NCBI GenBank assembly: GCA_964016885.1
Contig: OZ024742.1
Span: 140,678,001 to 140,742,000 of the forward strand
Length of the DNA: 64,000 bases
Source: Eledone cirrhosa
Taxonomy: Eukaryota
Direction of reading: 5' to 3'
Numbering within the stretch: position 1 is the first letter of the stretch; each line of letters starts with the position of its first letter. Of the stretch, positions 12,219-25,749 are shown one piece after another. A model generated the notes under the pieces. That model ran no database searches and was not told where the DNA came from. It worked only from the letters and a program-made list of their open reading frames with translations. Position numbers and translations under genes: made by a program.

Positions 12219-13529
12219 CTGAAAAAAAAGCAACAAAAATACCCCCCACCCCAGAAAATTAGATTCATTTTTTTCTAAACATAGGTGCAAAGTTATGATT
12301 ATTATTATCTTTTTTATGGGGGTGAGAGAGTTTAATCTATCAAATCAGCTCCAGTTCTTTATTTTATTAACCATGGAGGAAAGAAAGGCAAAATTGGCCT
12401 CAGTGGTATTTGAATTCAGAATGTAAAGAATTGGAACAACTACCACAAGGCATTTTGTGAGATGATCTAATGATTCTGAAAATTCATCACTTGTTTAGAT
12501 TAAATAATGACAAATAAAAGTACAAAGAAAAGAGAGTATTTACAGTAAAAATGAAGAAAGTAAAATGAGAAGGCTCTGGTAAATGACACTTGCCCAAGAT
12601 ACCACACAGTGAACCTTGGACCTAATGATTGTGAAGTGATGATTCAGCCATGCTGCACCCACAAGAGATTAATTACAAATAAAAATATAAAGAAAAGAGA
12701 ATATTTACAGTAAAGATCAAGAATATAAAATAAGAATATTCATTTTTTATTGTCTAGCCAGGGAGGTTAATGGTAGTGCCCATGACACTTTTCAGGTCTT
12801 CCAAAAGAATAAAAAGCCAAGTTGGGCTCAGTGTGTAGGGAGTCAGAACAAATACTGTAAAGCAATTAAGCTTTTCGATACCAACCCAATCAAAACTGGC
12901 CTTTGATCTACAAAACAAAACCACCCATTTTAAAGGGTTTCTATTTAAATTAAAATCTTCCAACATAATTTTATATAAGAACCATATCTTAAGTTACTTA
13001 ATAATAAGTTTAGTAAATTCTTCAAAACTCATTATTATTAATGTATTTCATTAGAAATGTAGTCACAAAGAGGGTTAAACTGATGCTTAGCTGACTTATT
13101 ATCTGACTGTTGAGTAAGAAAAATAAAATAAAGAATGACAGGATGTGGATTATTAGTGCAAGAGGAACTTCAATATAAACATCCAGTTAAGGTCGGCTCC
13201 ACTTTCTCACTATTGATCTAATATGATATAATCATTTCTGATATGATACACTCATATTTTATGAATATGTACTGGGTTGGGTTTCTTTCAAATAGAAAGG
13301 TATTGGAGGCAGGGAGAGGGATATAAAAAAAAAGAAATGGGAAAAAAGGGGAAACGAAAAACAACCAAAATAAATACATCCAACACAATTGTTTATATGA
13401 AAGTAAAACAAAACATAATACAACTGCGTAATCCTCCCATTTAAAAAACATTTTATTTTGGCTTCTAGATAAGGAAAGAAAATTAAGGGAAAAGAAGGAA
13501 ACAAATGTTTACAATTGTTTATTATAAAT

Positions 13530-15388
13530 AGAACTCCACCAGTGCTCTAGTTGTTTGATCAATGGAACAGTTTGCAATCCCCACACAAGCCAGATCACTG
13601 ACGATCCCAAAGAATGCGCAGAACTCATTGCTGAGTGCTATGCAAGCATTTTTACTGTTGAAAACCAGAATGTACCATTACCACCATCTCTAACATCAAA
13701 TTTCATAACAACTATGGAATTTACACCTGCAATGCTGCGACGTCACCTTAAGAATAAGCGCAACTATGCCTCCCCTAGTCTTGATGGTGTTACATACCTG
13801 CTTCTCAAACATGGCGGGTACTTCCTTTTGCACCAGCTTTCTTTCTTCTTTCAATACTGTCTCAACAATGGTGCTACTCCGGAGCAGTGGAAAACTGCCA
13901 GTGACATTCCCCTGTTCAAAAAGGGCGACTGCATGTCACCTGTCAACTATCGTCCAGTCAGTCTTACTAGCTGTATTGCCAAACTGATGGAATCTTGTGT
14001 CAGAGAAACACTTTGGAACTTCTGGAGCTCTCACAGCCTCATCCGGCCCTCACGGTTTGGATTTATCCCTAACTCCAGCTGCTGTGATCAGCTTATCGAG
14101 TTCCTTGAAGACATTACCCGGATCACTGACAGCGGCTCATGGGTGGATGTTGTTTACCTTGACTTCGCTAAGGCTTTTAATTCTGTGCCACACAAAAGAG
14201 TTATGGTGAAACTCTCTGCAATGGGTGTGAAGGATGATCTTTTTAACTGGTTGAAATCCTTCATTCTCAGCCGAAAAGAGGTAGTCACGGTTCTGGGACA
14301 GCATTCCTTACCATATGAGATGTCATCTGGTGTACCACAGCGATCTGTTCTTGGCCCCCTTTTGTTTGTTGCATACATTAATGACATAGATGCCAACTTA
14401 AAGAATGCCACAGTACTGAAATATGCAGATGACATCAAGCTGTACCTTGAAATCAAAAGGACAGATCCTGAAATCTATAACTCTTTCCTACAATCAGACC
14501 TGGACACAATGCAGCAATGGATCACAGACTGGCAACTGAAGCTGGCTGTGGACAAGTGTACCACCATGCATTTTGGGAGGAAAAATACAGCGTCCACATA
14601 CTCCCTGCACAACACTAATATCAAGAAGTCCTCTTGTGAACATGACCTGGGCATTACTGTCAGCAGCGATTTGCGTTGGACAAAGCACATGTCTAAAATT
14701 GTCAAGAAGGCCAAGGGTATCTTGGCATCACTCAGCAAGACCTTTGTTAGCCGCTCTCCAGCCATCTATTTAAAGCTGTATATAGCTATGGTACAACTAC
14801 ACTTGGAATTCGCATCATCAGTCTGGAACCCCTATCTTGCTCAGAACATTGACTTCCTGGAAACTCTTCAGAGACGTGCAACCAAGTGCATACCCTCCAT
14901 CAGACACCTACCATACTCTGAACGCCTTGCTTTCCTGGGCATGGATTCATTGAAGTTCCAATGTCTGGCAATGGACTTGGTAAACACCCACAAAGTTATT
15001 AACCATCTCGCCAACAACAACCCTGAGCACCTTTTTGATCTCCATGTGTCTAACACACGTGGACATGCCTACAAAATCAGAAAACAGCACAGCTCCCATG
15101 ACTTTCGGAAACATTTTTTCACGCTCAGAGTTGCTGAAGCATGGAACAAACTACCTGCATCAGTTGTTGGCTGCCGAGACACTGCATCCTTTAAAACCCT
15201 CGTGCTTCCCGAAATTCACCAAAACTTCACCTGATGTCCCCCTTCCATACATATGCACACGTGTATATCATGACTCGTGCACTGTTCGTTTTCCTGACGT
15301 TTGTACATTACCCTATGTACTATACATACACTTTTGATGAGTTGTAGTGCACCTAAGCACTGTACACAATATTTTCATTATTATTATT
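13530..15388 (+). mobile_element. 5'-truncated CR1-clade LINE, antisense to TRAPPC13
   Basis: Uninterrupted 559-aa RT ORF, CR1-type C-terminus (NTRGHAYKI...FFTLRVAEAWNKLP), 3'UTR and (ATT)n tail. Confidence 0.93.
13555..15234 (+). CDS. CR1 ORF2 reverse transcriptase domain (endonuclease missing)
   Basis: NYRPVSLTS, VYLDFAKAF, SGVPQ.SVLGPLLF and YADD motifs. Confidence 0.9.
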   Translation: MINGTVCNPHTSQITDDPKECAELIAECYASIFTVENQNVPLPPSLTSNFITTMEFTPAMLRRHLKNKRNYASPSLDGVTYLLLKHGGYFLLHQLSFFFQYCLNNGATPEQWKTASDIPLFKKGDCMSPVNYRPVSLTSCIAKLMESCVRETLWNFWSSHSLIRPSRFGFIPNSSCCDQLIEFLEDITRITDSGSWVDVVYLDFAKAFNSVPHKRVMVKLSAMGVKDDLFNWLKSFILSRKEVVTVLGQHSLPYEMSSGVPQRSVLGPLLFVAYINDIDANLKNATVLKYADDIKLYLEIKRTDPEIYNSFLQSDLDTMQQWITDWQLKLAVDKCTTMHFGRKNTASTYSLHNTNIKKSSCEHDLGITVSSDLRWTKHMSKIVKKAKGILASLSKTFVSRSPAIYLKLYIAMVQLHLEFASSVWNPYLAQNIDFLETLQRRATKCIPSIRHLPYSERLAFLGMDSLKFQCLAMDLVNTHKVINHLANNNPEHLFDLHVSNTRGHAYKIRKQHSSHDFRKHFFTLRVAEAWNKLPASVVGCRDTASFKTLVLPEIHQNFT

Positions 15389-16714
15389 TAAAAAAAAATT
15401 AACTTGTAAGTGGCTGAGCATTCCAAAGACACTTGTACCTTTAACAGGCTTCCAAACAGTTTCTTTCTGCCAAATCTCACTCACATGACATAGGTTGATT
15501 TGAGGCTAAGTTGTATGTCACTTGCCCAAGATGTCACACTGTAGGATCAAACCTGGGACCTAATGATAGCAAAACCAACTTCTTTATCATTCAGTTATTC
15601 TGCATCCACATTGTTTACTATATATTTTTATAAATTACAGAATTGTAGTTGTTTGGCAAATGACTTGATCTGGAATCTGTAAACCCTTACCATATTTCTA
15701 AAGAAATACATTGTTAATTTGTTTCAATTAATTTTGAAAACAATTAAGAATTTAGAGGAATTTAGTAAAATAACTAACTTTTTCATTTGTAAACTGATGT
15801 TGGTAGCATAACTTAACAAAAAGTCTTACATAAAATTATGTTGGAATGTTTTTTTATATTACGTTCCATGTCTCTGGATTAGAATAGGTACACTGTTTCC
15901 CTGTGGTGTAAGAAGTACCTAAAAGGGTTGGTGTCAGGAAAGGCTTCTGGCTGCACAATAATGCCACAGAAAACCCATCCAACCCATGGCAGCAGTGAAA
16001 AGTTGGCATAAAAATGATAATGATGATGAACACATTAAAACAAACAGTTTTTAGTGCTGGGGCAGTTTTAGGGAGATTGGTATCAAAAGGGCTAAATTCA
16101 CTTTGCAGGTATTATTTATTTCCTTCACTCTGTAAAGTGGTTGATATTAAGAAGGGCATCCAGCAGGCGAAACTATACAAAATCCAAAATGCATGTAAAT
16201 GAAACATGCCCACCCCAGTTCAACTTGGAGGACAGAGCTCTGATTAAATGCTGACTTCTGTGATGCCCCATCCAACCCATGCTAGCATGAACATTAAAGG
16301 ATGATGATGATGATTTTTAGTGTCAACATTTTTGTCCCAATGTTTGGCACCTGGTCACTGACATAGTTCTACTGCAACTCTAAATTAGTAATTGTATTAT
16401 CTTACAAATAACCCAAAGCCATTGGGCTGCAGACAATAATAATATATCAGAGTCTAGAGAGGAAAAGGTGTTAGATAGTTAGTTAAATTCATTAATTATT
16501 TTACCTTCTGTTTACTCCAACTGTGCAACAACAACAATAACAACACTCCATATTGTGAGTGAGTGAGTGTTGGCACTGACAGTGAAAAATTACAGAAAGT
16601 AAATATAGAAAGAAGAAACAGAATTATTATTATTGTTGTTATGATGGATGTTGATGATGACAGGCATGTGCAATAAATTTGCATGCATACACACACATAC
16701 TGTATGTTTATGAA

Positions 16715-16960
16715 ATTATTGTACAAGTAGTTGAGCATTCCACAGACAGGTATACCCTTAATATAATTCCCAGAGAGATGCACATGACACAGTGTGCTCA
16801 AGGCTGGCCCTTTGAATTACAGTTATAACTCATTTTTGCCAGCTGAGTAGGCTGGAGCATCATGGAATAAAGTGTCTTGCTCAAGAACACAATGTGCCAC
16901 CAGGATTCGAACTCACAATCATAACTGGAACATCTTAACCACTAAGCCACATGCTTTCAT
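16715..16960 (-). mobile_element. tRNA-derived SINE
   Basis: Minus strand shows an A-box (tggcttagtgg), a B-box (gagttcgaatcc) and the cttgagcaagacactttatt core shared with other SINE copies. Confidence 0.75.
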
Positions 16961-18446
16961 ATACACATAGTATGATGATATATTTTCAAAGGGAATGGAA
17001 TTTGTGATTTTGATTGCTAGGTTGAATAACTCTTTATACAAAGTTTATTGTCCTTCATAAATGTCATAGCAGTCTAGGGTTTTATCGTGCTACATAAAAC
17101 TATAATTGTTATTGTGCCATCTCCACTGTGAAGTTCAGAATTTGAGGCTGAGCTCAAAATGTCGAATCTCACAGTGGAGATGACAAAGGAATGATACAAA
17201 AGGAGAGAGGCTGTGCTGGAAAGGACTTGTCCAACCAATGTAAGCATGGAAAAACAGACAAAAAAAAGATGATGAGGATGATGATATTTTTTTTCTCCAT
17301 CTGTGATATAGTTAGATTTGAACCTAGAAAGCAGGGGAATCCTGTAAGACAATGTGTTTAACATCTGGAATATGTTTAAAAATAATCTAACTACTGAGTA
17401 TAAACAACTGGGGTGGGACCAAAACATTGTTTACAGGAAAGTGTTAAAAGAAATAGTATATATATCATCTTCAGCAGAGACATAACAGTTATAGACACAT
17501 GTTCTTTGAGTGATACAAGAAATCTAAATTAGTAAAAGACGCACATTCTTAGAGATCAGTATTAATGTAACATGAAGGAAGTATAGAAAGACGTGTTGAT
17601 TGCAATAAAAATAAAATAGTTATTGATGGTAAAAACAAACGAGTCTCAAACAATCACAATTTTGATTAGAATTCAAAACTAATGTTGCCACCAGCCATAC
17701 AAAACCACTATGTTCATCTCTGAAGTCCTTTAACACTATTATAGCTAAATAGTTTTATGTTACAAACATTTACAGTTTCAAATCTTTAGTAATATGTTGT
17801 GTTATCAAAATTATATGAACAAAATCTATCATGAATCTAAAACCTACAGCTTTAACTCTAGCTTTATGATTTGAAACCGCCTATTTTAAAATGAGAACCT
17901 TCCATCATAATTTTATTTGAGAAATTTATGTTAAGTTATGTTCCAAATATCAGTTTACTAATGAAACAGTTAATTACTTTATTAAATCACTCCATTTTGG
18001 GATTATTTCCCAAATCAATTGAAATACATAGGCAGTGTATTTCATGAGAAATTTGGTTATGAAAGGGTTACAAGTTTCTCTCTGATTCTAACCTTTATTC
18101 ATTTAACAGAACACTGTGCACATTTGACCAATAAACTGAAGATATTTATTCAATATTAGTTTATGTTCATGTGTGTAAATGTCTGATCCCACTGTGTGTA
18201 GGAGTGTATGTGTGAATGTCCAATCCCTCTGCGGCATTTTGGGCAAGGTGTGTGTCTGATCCCACTGTGTGGCATTTGGGGCAAAAGTCATTTATCATAG
18301 CCCTGGGTTGATTCATTTCATGCCTTATGAGTAAACTTAGAGAGATGGAAACTGTTTGTAATTCAATGGGAATTACATTAAGAGTAGATATATCTGTAGA
18401 ATGCTCAGCTGTTATAGTATGTTAGTTCACAAGCAGGCCTTTCCTT

Positions 18447-18581
18447 AGATAGAACAAACGGAGTACACATTGCTGAAACCAGCTGAGGTCCATTCATTTG
18501 TATATCATATTTCCATAGATAGAACAAATGGAGTACACATTGTTGAAACCAGCTGAGGTCCATTCATTTGTATATCATATG
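18447..18581. repeat. Tandem duplication, ~70 bp x2
   Basis: agatagaacaaa(c/t)ggagtacacattg(c/t)tgaaaccagctgaggtccattcatttgtatatcatat occurs twice. Confidence 0.9.
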
Positions 18582-20640
18582 TCTGAATGTATACATATTT
18601 ATCTGCTATATTAATTTTGCCTTTGTCAGACTTCAGAGAATCCTACAAGTTAATTACATACATAGAATTCTTCAGTATCTTTAACTTTAATAATGTCTTT
18701 ACAAAAAAATGTATCTTAGGAAGTGAAAAGGTTAAGGAAAAGCCACCAAAATTAATTAACTATGAAGCAGTTATTTTCTTCCTTATGTTATTTGAAAATG
18801 GTAGGCTAGGGGAGTATAGCTTGATAAGTATATTTGTTATTGATCTTAATAAAAGGCAATATTGATGTGAGGTAAAACAAATGTGTAATGTTATACAACT
18901 AACAACAGCCATAGTTCAAACAAACATTATTTGAAAAGCAAAAAAACAAAAAACAAAAAAAAAACAAAAATAACAAAATAATATATCAATAATATTAATA
19001 TTAAAACTGAACAAGAACAACAAAAACCCAATTGAATATTGTGGTTCGGAAAATTCTAGATAATGGAGATTCTGTTTTCTTTTCAACATATTTAAGAATA
19101 AATTGGAAAAAAAAATCTGAGTGACTTTAATCTTTATTGAATTAGATATGCAATTATTATCAACTGAATATTGTAGTGAAGTAATTTAATCAATCAAATA
19201 TATTCAAAGGGAAGGTAATAATTATGTTTTAGTATTCTTAAATTAGTCATTAAAATATTTCAACAGATTCTAACATTCCAAAAAATGTTAAAATAATTTC
19301 ATGTAATACACAGAGAGTAGCAGAAAAGACTGGAATGGATGAAAATGAGAATAGTTTGGTGAATGAGTGGAGTATAGCTCAGAGAGAAGAAAACAAATAA
19401 TGAAGATTGGGGAAGATGATGGAAATAGAGTCAGTGATGAATGTTGTGAAGAGAAATGGAACAAGATGGTTGGGTCACGTGTTGAGGAAGGATAACAATG
19501 AGAGGGTGAAGGAGTGAGAGACATGAATATTGAATGAAGTAGAAGAAAAAGGGAATCAAAAAAGCAATGGCTAAAGAGGATGGAGGAGGAAATGAAAACC
19601 AGGTGGTTAGTGAGAGGTAGGATGCAGATGATAGGGCAAGTGGAGAAGCTTGTCATGAGATCCACAAAACTAGCTCTTGCTTTAGCAGGGAAAATAGCCT
19701 TAAAATGCTTGTTGTAGTTCACAGTTTTATTTATTTTATATGGCAAATTATGAACCATAGCATTGCTAATTAGAGGTTTCCAATGGTGCCTATCACTATC
19801 CACTGCATTTTTAACAGCGAGAGTAACAAGGGAAAGGTTTGTAACTCAGTGAAAAGGATTTAATTCCTGCATAGAACTTTCTTCGAAAAGCACCAGTTTT
19901 TTGTAGATGCTTATAACCTTTGCTGAAGTTCATTGGTAAAAGATGAATACATACATACATATATACAAGTACAGAGGTTAGCCTTGCAGACTCCATGACA
20001 GGTTTAATATTCCTTATGGGACTCTTTTTGAGGCAATGCTTTACAGCAGGATATCCTTCTTGGCGCTAACCCTTTTAGTCATCTCTTATAATATGCAGTG
20101 AATAGTGTGCCTATTCTAAACCTGATATACACAGTATCATGTATATAAAGGTATGTAATCATCATCAACATCATCACCGTTTTACGTCCGTTCTTCCACC
20201 ATAGCATGGGTTAGACGGGTTGTCCTATTGTGGGCAGTGTTTGGTTGGCTGACCTTGTTTTGCTCATACGGGAACTGATTCTGGCTTGATTTTTACAGCT
20301 AGATGCCCTTCCTAACACCAACCTCATTTACAGTGAGTGCTGGGTGCTTTTTTGCCGTGGCACCTCCACGACCACTTTGCAGTGGGAGGGTGTGGGGGCA
20401 TATTGTCTATATGCTCAGCTTCGGCTTGTACCCGTGGGGGGTTGAGTCTTCTGTATTACTGTGTGATGCCAGAGGTCACAGTCATGTGACATCGCCTTTG
20501 AGAAGTGTAATTGGGTATGTATATGACAAATTTCCAAACAGTTTCTATTTACCAATTTCCATCCACAAAATATTGCTCAAACTTGTACTTGTGCTGGCAT
20601 TCATTTGGGATGGCTTGAACCAGCTCCATCCAGTGAATCC

Positions 20641-22077
20641 ACAGCACTGTAAACATTCAGTAATCACAGACTTCTGATGTGGAGATTGTTACAGCACTGT
20701 AAACAGATGTTGACCACACTCAGTGATCACAGACTTCTGATGTGGAGATTGTTACAGCACTGTAAACAGATGTTGACCACACTCAGTGATCACAGACTTC
20801 TGATGTGGAGATTGTTACAGCACTATAAATATATGTTGACCACACTCAGTAATCACTGACTTCTGATGTGGAGATTGTTACAGCACTATAAATATATGTT
20901 GACCACACTCAGTAATCACTGACTTCTGATGTGGAGATTGTTACAGCACTATAAATATATTTTGACCACACTCAGTAATCACAGACTTCTGATGTGGAAA
21001 TTGTCACAGCACTATAAATAGATGTTGACCACACTCAGTAATCACTGACTTCTGATGTGGAAATTGTCACAGCACTATAAATATATGTTAACCACACTCA
21101 GTAATCACTGACTTCTGATGTGGAGATTGTTACAGCACTATAAATATATGTTAACCACACTCAGTAATCACTGACTTCTGATGTGGAGATTGTTACAGCA
21201 CTATAAATATATGTTGACCACACTCAGTAATCACTGACTTCTGATGTGGAGATTGTTACAGCACTATAAATATATGTTGACCACACTCAGTAATCACAGA
21301 CTTCTGATGTGGAAATTGTCACAGCACTATAAATAGATGTTGACCACACTCAGTAATCACTGACTTCTGATGTGGAAATTGTCACAGCACTATAAATATA
21401 TGTTAACCACACTCAGTAATCACTGACTTCTGATGTGGAGATTGTTACAGCACTATAAATATATGTTGACCACACTCAGTAATCACAGACTTCTGATGTG
21501 GAAATTGTCACAGCACTATAAATATATGTTGACCACACTCAGTAATCACTGACTTCTGATGTGGAGATTGTTACAGCACTATAAATAGATGTTGACCACA
21601 CTCAGTAATCACTGACTTCTGATGTGGAAATTGTCACAGCACTATAAATAGATGTTGACCACACTCAGTAATCACTGACTTCTGATGTGGAAATTGTCAC
21701 AGCACTATAAATAGATGTTGACCACACTCAGTAATCACAGACTTCTGATGTGGAGATTGTTACAGCACTATAAATATATGTTGACCACACTCAGTAATCA
21801 CTGACTTCTGATGTGGAGATTGTCACAGCACTATAAATAGATGTTGACCACACTCAGTAATCACAGACTTCTGATGTGGAAATTGTCACAGCACTATAAA
21901 TAGATGTTGACCACACTCAGTAATCACTGACTTCTGATGTGGAAATTGTCACAGCACTATAAATAGATGTTGACCACACTCAGTAATCACAGACTTCTGA
22001 TGTGGAGATTGTTACAGCACTATAAATAGATGTTGACCACACTCAGTAATCACTGACTTCTGATGTGGAGATTGTCA
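20641..22077. repeat. Minisatellite, 63-bp unit, ~22 copies
   Basis: Unit acagcactataaatatatgttgaccacactcagtaatcactgacttctgatgtggagattgtt with a few biallelic variant positions. Confidence 0.97.
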
Positions 22078-22612
22078 ACTGGTCATAATTTCAACAGTGG
22101 ACACACTGTATATGTGAGGACCAGATATCAGTTCAAGATTTGACTTGATCATAATCTACATTTTCAGCTTCCACCTTGCTTTTTACACCCCAAGAGAAGC
22201 TTCGGGGCAATTTTATCATGGATTATGGAGTGTGTGGCTAAACCAATGGAGGCACCTTTTCAGCAAGAGTTGTTGAAGGGAATCAATGTGGTAATGATAA
22301 TGAACTTTGGAACTTGAGGCAAAATATACAAGTGTCTTCTACCATTGAGCAAAACTTTCTTTTTACTTAGTAGATTTTGAGGAAGTACCTATGGCTTTCA
22401 CAGGCTCTTTGAGACTCAAGAGATTGATGTTTAGAATAATTGTTTCTACTTTTGACACAAGGCCAGCAATTACCCAGTGCATTACTGGTACTTTATTTTA
22501 TCGACCCCATAAGGATGAAAGGCAAAGTCAACCGCGAATAATATGAGCAAGGAAGGAGTTCCAAACAGCCAATGTTCTCTGAAGGAAGGATTGTGGTTAG
22601 TGTGGAGCTTAG

Positions 22613-22646
<34 letters not shown>

Positions 22647-24793
22647 TCACAATATGGGTGAGGAGAACAAGAAAGACAAGTTAGTAGAAAGTACCTGAAT
22701 GGAGGTGGTGTGAGACAAGTAATTTCTGGGGACTGCAAATAAGGAACTTTGGCCACTATTGGTCAATCCAATGGAAGAAGATACTTTAATGTTTCTACAC
22801 CTAGTGCTGGTGCTATAATAAAATTCACCCAATCCATTTTGTAAAGTAATAGTGCTGGTGCCATGATAAATTGCATCTAGTCCACTGTGTAAAGTGACAG
22901 TACTGGTACCACAATAAAATTTACCCAGTTTACTGTAATATGATGGTGCTAGTGCTATAATGAAATGCACCCAATAAACTTGGTAAAATGATAGTGCTGG
23001 TGCTAAAATAAAATGAACCAAGTACACACTGAAAAGTGGTTGATGTTAGGAAGGACATCCAGCCACAGAAAATATAATATACCAAAATATGGAATATGAG
23101 CAAAATGTAGTTGCCTGACTGTCTAGTATTAGATCATGATGGTTTGTCCAACCCATGTCAGTATAGAAATTGGACGAAACATAATGATGACGATGAAATA
23201 TCATAAGAAAAAAGAAATACAATTATGCTGGGGTCTATTGTTCAGGAATCTGATATTCAATCAATCAAGCTATGTTAAGATTCATGATAAGCAGAACTGT
23301 TCCAATGCAGGATAACAAGCAGATTTGAATACACATGTGAAAAATTACACTCCTTTTATCTTTTATCTCTGATTCAGTAAATATGGAATGTTGTTAATTA
23401 TTCCAGATCACACAGGAAATACATAGCAAGTGTAAAGGAGCAGATGTTATACTTTAATTTGTTGGTGGCAAGATTAGGTTAGCAAAAAGCAGGATATAAT
23501 GGCCACAATATGAAAAAAGTCTGACATTTTTACATACAGCTGCCGCCAAGTATAATTATAGAAATGCCAACATTGATTTCAGTGATATGTTTTGGTTACA
23601 ATTATGAAAACATTTATTCTAATGTGTATCACATATGTAGTCTTGCTAACTATATAATTTCAGTTGAATTATGATATTAGCTAAGAAAATATAGGTATAA
23701 GATCTATTTAATGGTTGGATAAGAAATGAAATAAACAAATGAACACTAATCACAACTGATACCAATAACAAAAAAAACCCCAAAAAACTCTCAAGTTTAT
23801 TCGCTATGGTAACCACACTTAAAAAAATCTAATGGTTATTGACTGAATGTTATGTCAATCTGTTTTCTCGCTAACGATTGGCCTATTAGCTATAGAATAG
23901 TTCATGCAACTAGTCAGCTGGGACAATTGACTACAAATTAAACGGATAAAGTGAATTGACCACACCAATATTAATAAATAGTTAATTAGGTTTTTGCTTC
24001 AAATTGATTACTTATTGAACAACACTATGGCTGCCATTGATTTACATACTTTGATAGAGTTATTTCCAATAAATTTACTTAAATGCATTGCAAATCCACA
24101 ACTCTTAAATATTATATGTGGTAATGACACAAATTGATTATCTATAATCACCTCTATATGGTTATTATAGATACAATAACAAACAAAAAAAATCAATTTT
24201 TTTCAAAGGGCTGGCATTTAACTCCAATTTCTGTATTATTTAGTGGATGAGAGATGAATCTCCTACTGGGTAAAATACCAGTCTATTGAAGGTGAATTGA
24301 CAGAAGTGTTAGATTAACAGATGAAATCCTTTCTTGTGTTTATTATGGATCCTTACATTCCAAGTTAAAATCCTGTAAAGGTCAACTTTGCTTCTCACCC
24401 TTAGAGAGTTGTATTTGTTCTGCCTCTGTGTTCTGAGTTTAAATCCCAATGTGGCCTATTTGAGTGGTAGACTAAATCCATTGCCCAGTTCAACACCATC
24501 ACCAAGCCCTTGAGTGCTTTTTTGCAGAGTCCACTCTGTTGCAAGCAATGAGCTAAGTTTTTGGTTTGAGGAACCCATTCTCATTCAGATTAGTCATTGA
24601 ATTCAATCTAAGAATGATAAAATATACCCAGTGCACACTGTAAAATAGAAAAGGTCAGGGGCATTACCTTTCCTTACTGATGAAGTAGTAAACAAAACTC
24701 TAGAATATAGTATGCTGTAACTTAGAGATAAGTGGGATTTTACATCACAAAACATGAACTGGTAGTCTAATAATACTTTAACTAATCATTTTA

Positions 24794-25749
24794 TCTATAT
24801 ATCTCAAACAGAGAATGTCTGTCTGTCTGACTCCCTAAAACTCGAGAACCACCCAACTGATTGTTTTCAAACTTTACACATGTAATACTTATGGTCCTGT
24901 GAGTGTTTTAAGCCAAAAATATTTCAAATTTTCAATGCCTTAGGGACTGTATTAGGCGATTTAGCGATCTCTCTCTATAATTCTTAGTCTTTCTTTTTAG
25001 ATAGATACATAGATATAACGTTGCGCCCTTATAATATCTGTCTGTATGTCTGGCTGTCTGCATTATGACATTATGATGCTGTGTGTGTGTGTGTGTGTGT
25101 ATATATGTATATATAGTGTATGTATGGAGGCACATGGCTTAGTGGTTAGAGCATTGGCCTTACAATCGAAAGGTTGTGAGTTCAATTCTCAGACCGGGTG
25201 ATGTGTTGTTTCCTTGAGCAAGACACTTTATTTCACATTGCTCCAGTTTACTCAGCTGTAGAAATGAGATGATAGGGACTGGGGTCCATATCATTCCACT
25301 GCAAAGTGGTCGTGGAGGTGCCACGGCAAAAAAGCACCCAGCACTCACTGTAAAATGAGGTTGGCGTTAGGAAGGGCATCCAGCTGTAGAAATCAAGCGA
25401 GCATCAGTTCCCGTCCCACCCTTGCAAGCAAGGAAAAAGCGGACGTAAAATGAAATGATGATGTGTAACGTTTTTCGAAATATTTACTTCTGCATTCACA
25501 GATTGATTTTTTTAGTTTCACAAGATCCCGTTAAGAGTGAAAGCGGCGATTCTTTGCTTAAACTTTAATCTGTTATTTTAATATATATATATATATATAA
25601 TTATATATTTGTGTACAGATATTTTTGCATGCACAATAACAAAATATAAACAAAAGTATTTATTTCACGAGGCTCGATAAGGATAAATATATATCAAATA
25701 TATAAGAACCCTAGAGCAAATCCCGAGCAACGCCGGGCCATTCTGCTAG
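24794..25749 (+). mobile_element. Non-autonomous Helitron
   Basis: A|TC(tatata) 5' end, subterminal hairpin cccgagcaacgccggg, CTAG|T 3' end and no TSD. Confidence 0.75.
25126..25463 (+). mobile_element. Full-length tRNA-head/RTE-tail SINE nested in the Helitron
   Basis: A-box tggcttagtgg, B-box gagttcaattc, core, RTE-like 3' tail and (GAT)n end. Near-identical copy on - at 54598-54913. Confidence 0.85.

Noticed and set aside
20641-22077. CRISPR-like regular array
   Set aside because: Units are contiguous near-identical 63-mers with no unique spacers, no cas genes are present, and the context is a eukaryotic intron.
24050-24077. UGC-preceded 28-nt exon candidate on - strand
   Set aside because: Weak AAG acceptor without a pyrimidine tract, length not 3n, and it begins with TAA in frame.
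25126-25200. tRNA gene
   Set aside because: The A/B boxes belong to a SINE head that continues into core and RTE tail, and no full cloverleaf is evident.
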